Origin: Blochmannia endosymbiont of Camponotus modoc
GTDB lineage: Bacteria; Pseudomonadota; Gammaproteobacteria; Enterobacterales; Enterobacteriaceae
Length of the DNA: 32,000 nucleotides
Direction of reading: 5' to 3'
NCBI RefSeq assembly: GCF_023585785.1
Contig: NZ_CP097765.1
Coordinates: forward strand, 630,001-662,000
Part shown: one piece after another, positions 31,582-32,000 of the stretch
Numbering within the stretch: the stretch's first letter is position 1
How the letters are laid out: the number at the start of each line of letters is the position of its first letter
Made by a program: the position numbers and the translations under genes
The notes under the pieces: model-generated
What the model was told of the DNA's origin: nothing
Seen by the model: the letters and a program-made list of their open reading frames with translations, nothing else
Databases searched by the model: none

Positions 31582-32000
31582 TTAATAAAAAGAATGCGTC
31601 CCGTGTTGATGTTGAGTCATATCTAGTACCCCTTTTAATTCTGGAAAAAGATTCTTTAAGGTAGTTTCAATTCCTTCTTTTATGGTATAGCTAGCCATTG
31701 CGCAGCCATTGCATCCTCCATAAAATTTAATAACAGCTAACAGATCTTCAGTAATACGTATTAAAGACACACTGCCTCCATGTAGTTCTAATTGAGGATT
31801 AATCTGAAATTGTAATACATGTCTCACCCGATCTTCCAACGAATCATTGTTCATCTTGTTTCTTATATTATTGCATTCTTTAGTAGCATTAGGAGCTTTA
31901 ATAGTAAGTTGAGAATCTAATTCATTAATCATCATGTCAATTTTTGTGTCTTTAAGGAAAGATATATATACTGGATCTACGTGTACAGAAAAAAGATCAA
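31582..32000 (-). CDS. nfuA: Fe-S biogenesis protein NfuA, 5' end beyond the window edge
   Basis: The C-terminal Nfu domain is present (LELHGGSVSLIRITEDLLAVIKFYGGCNGCAMASYTIKEGIE). The frame stays open upstream of the called ATG at 31935 to the window edge, encoding DLFSVHVDPVYISFLKDTKID, which aligns to the E. coli NfuA N-terminal domain ([22 protein letters not shown]). Confidence 0.9.
   Translation of the reverse strand, partial: DLFSVHVDPVYISFLKDTKIDMMINELDSQLTIKAPNATKECNNIRNKMNNDSLEDRVRHVLQFQINPQLELHGGSVSLIRITEDLLAVIKFYGGCNGCAMASYTIKEGIETTLKNLFPELKGVLDMTQHQHGTHSFY

Noticed and set aside
1-32000. CRISPR arrays, IS elements, prophage, toxin-antitoxin or defence systems, retron or DGR signatures
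   Set aside because: I saw no spaced direct repeats, transposase or reverse transcriptase motifs, terminal inverted repeats or atypical gene cassettes. Every sizeable ORF belongs to a known housekeeping family.

Overview
This window looks like AT-rich chromosomal backbone of a reduced-genome gammaproteobacterial insect endosymbiont, most likely Blochmannia-like. That lineage call is inferred from protein similarity recalled from memory and from gene order, not from a search. The genes are ancestral Enterobacteriaceae housekeeping and amino-acid biosynthesis genes in largely E. coli-like order, separated by decayed non-coding stretches: fpr, rpmE, metB, (metL absent), metF, murI, tRNA-Ala/Asp/Trp, ilvGMEDA, ilvC, trxA, rho, tRNA-Arg/His/Leu/Pro, hemD/hemC, dapF, yigB, a uvrD pseudogene, corA, yigL, yhgN, asd, and nfuA running off the right edge. 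I found no CRISPR array, mobile element, phage, toxin or defence module, and no convincing new system. The observations most worth a second look are: a thioredoxin with CNPC instead of CGPC at the active site, a multiply disrupted but recognisable uvrD, a perfect 18-bp inverted repeat downstream of tRNA-Trp, a tRNA arrangement that looks like the remains of a lost rRNA operon, tRNA genes lacking encoded CCA, an altered cofactor-cysteine loop in HemC, and a short deletion in CorA TM1.
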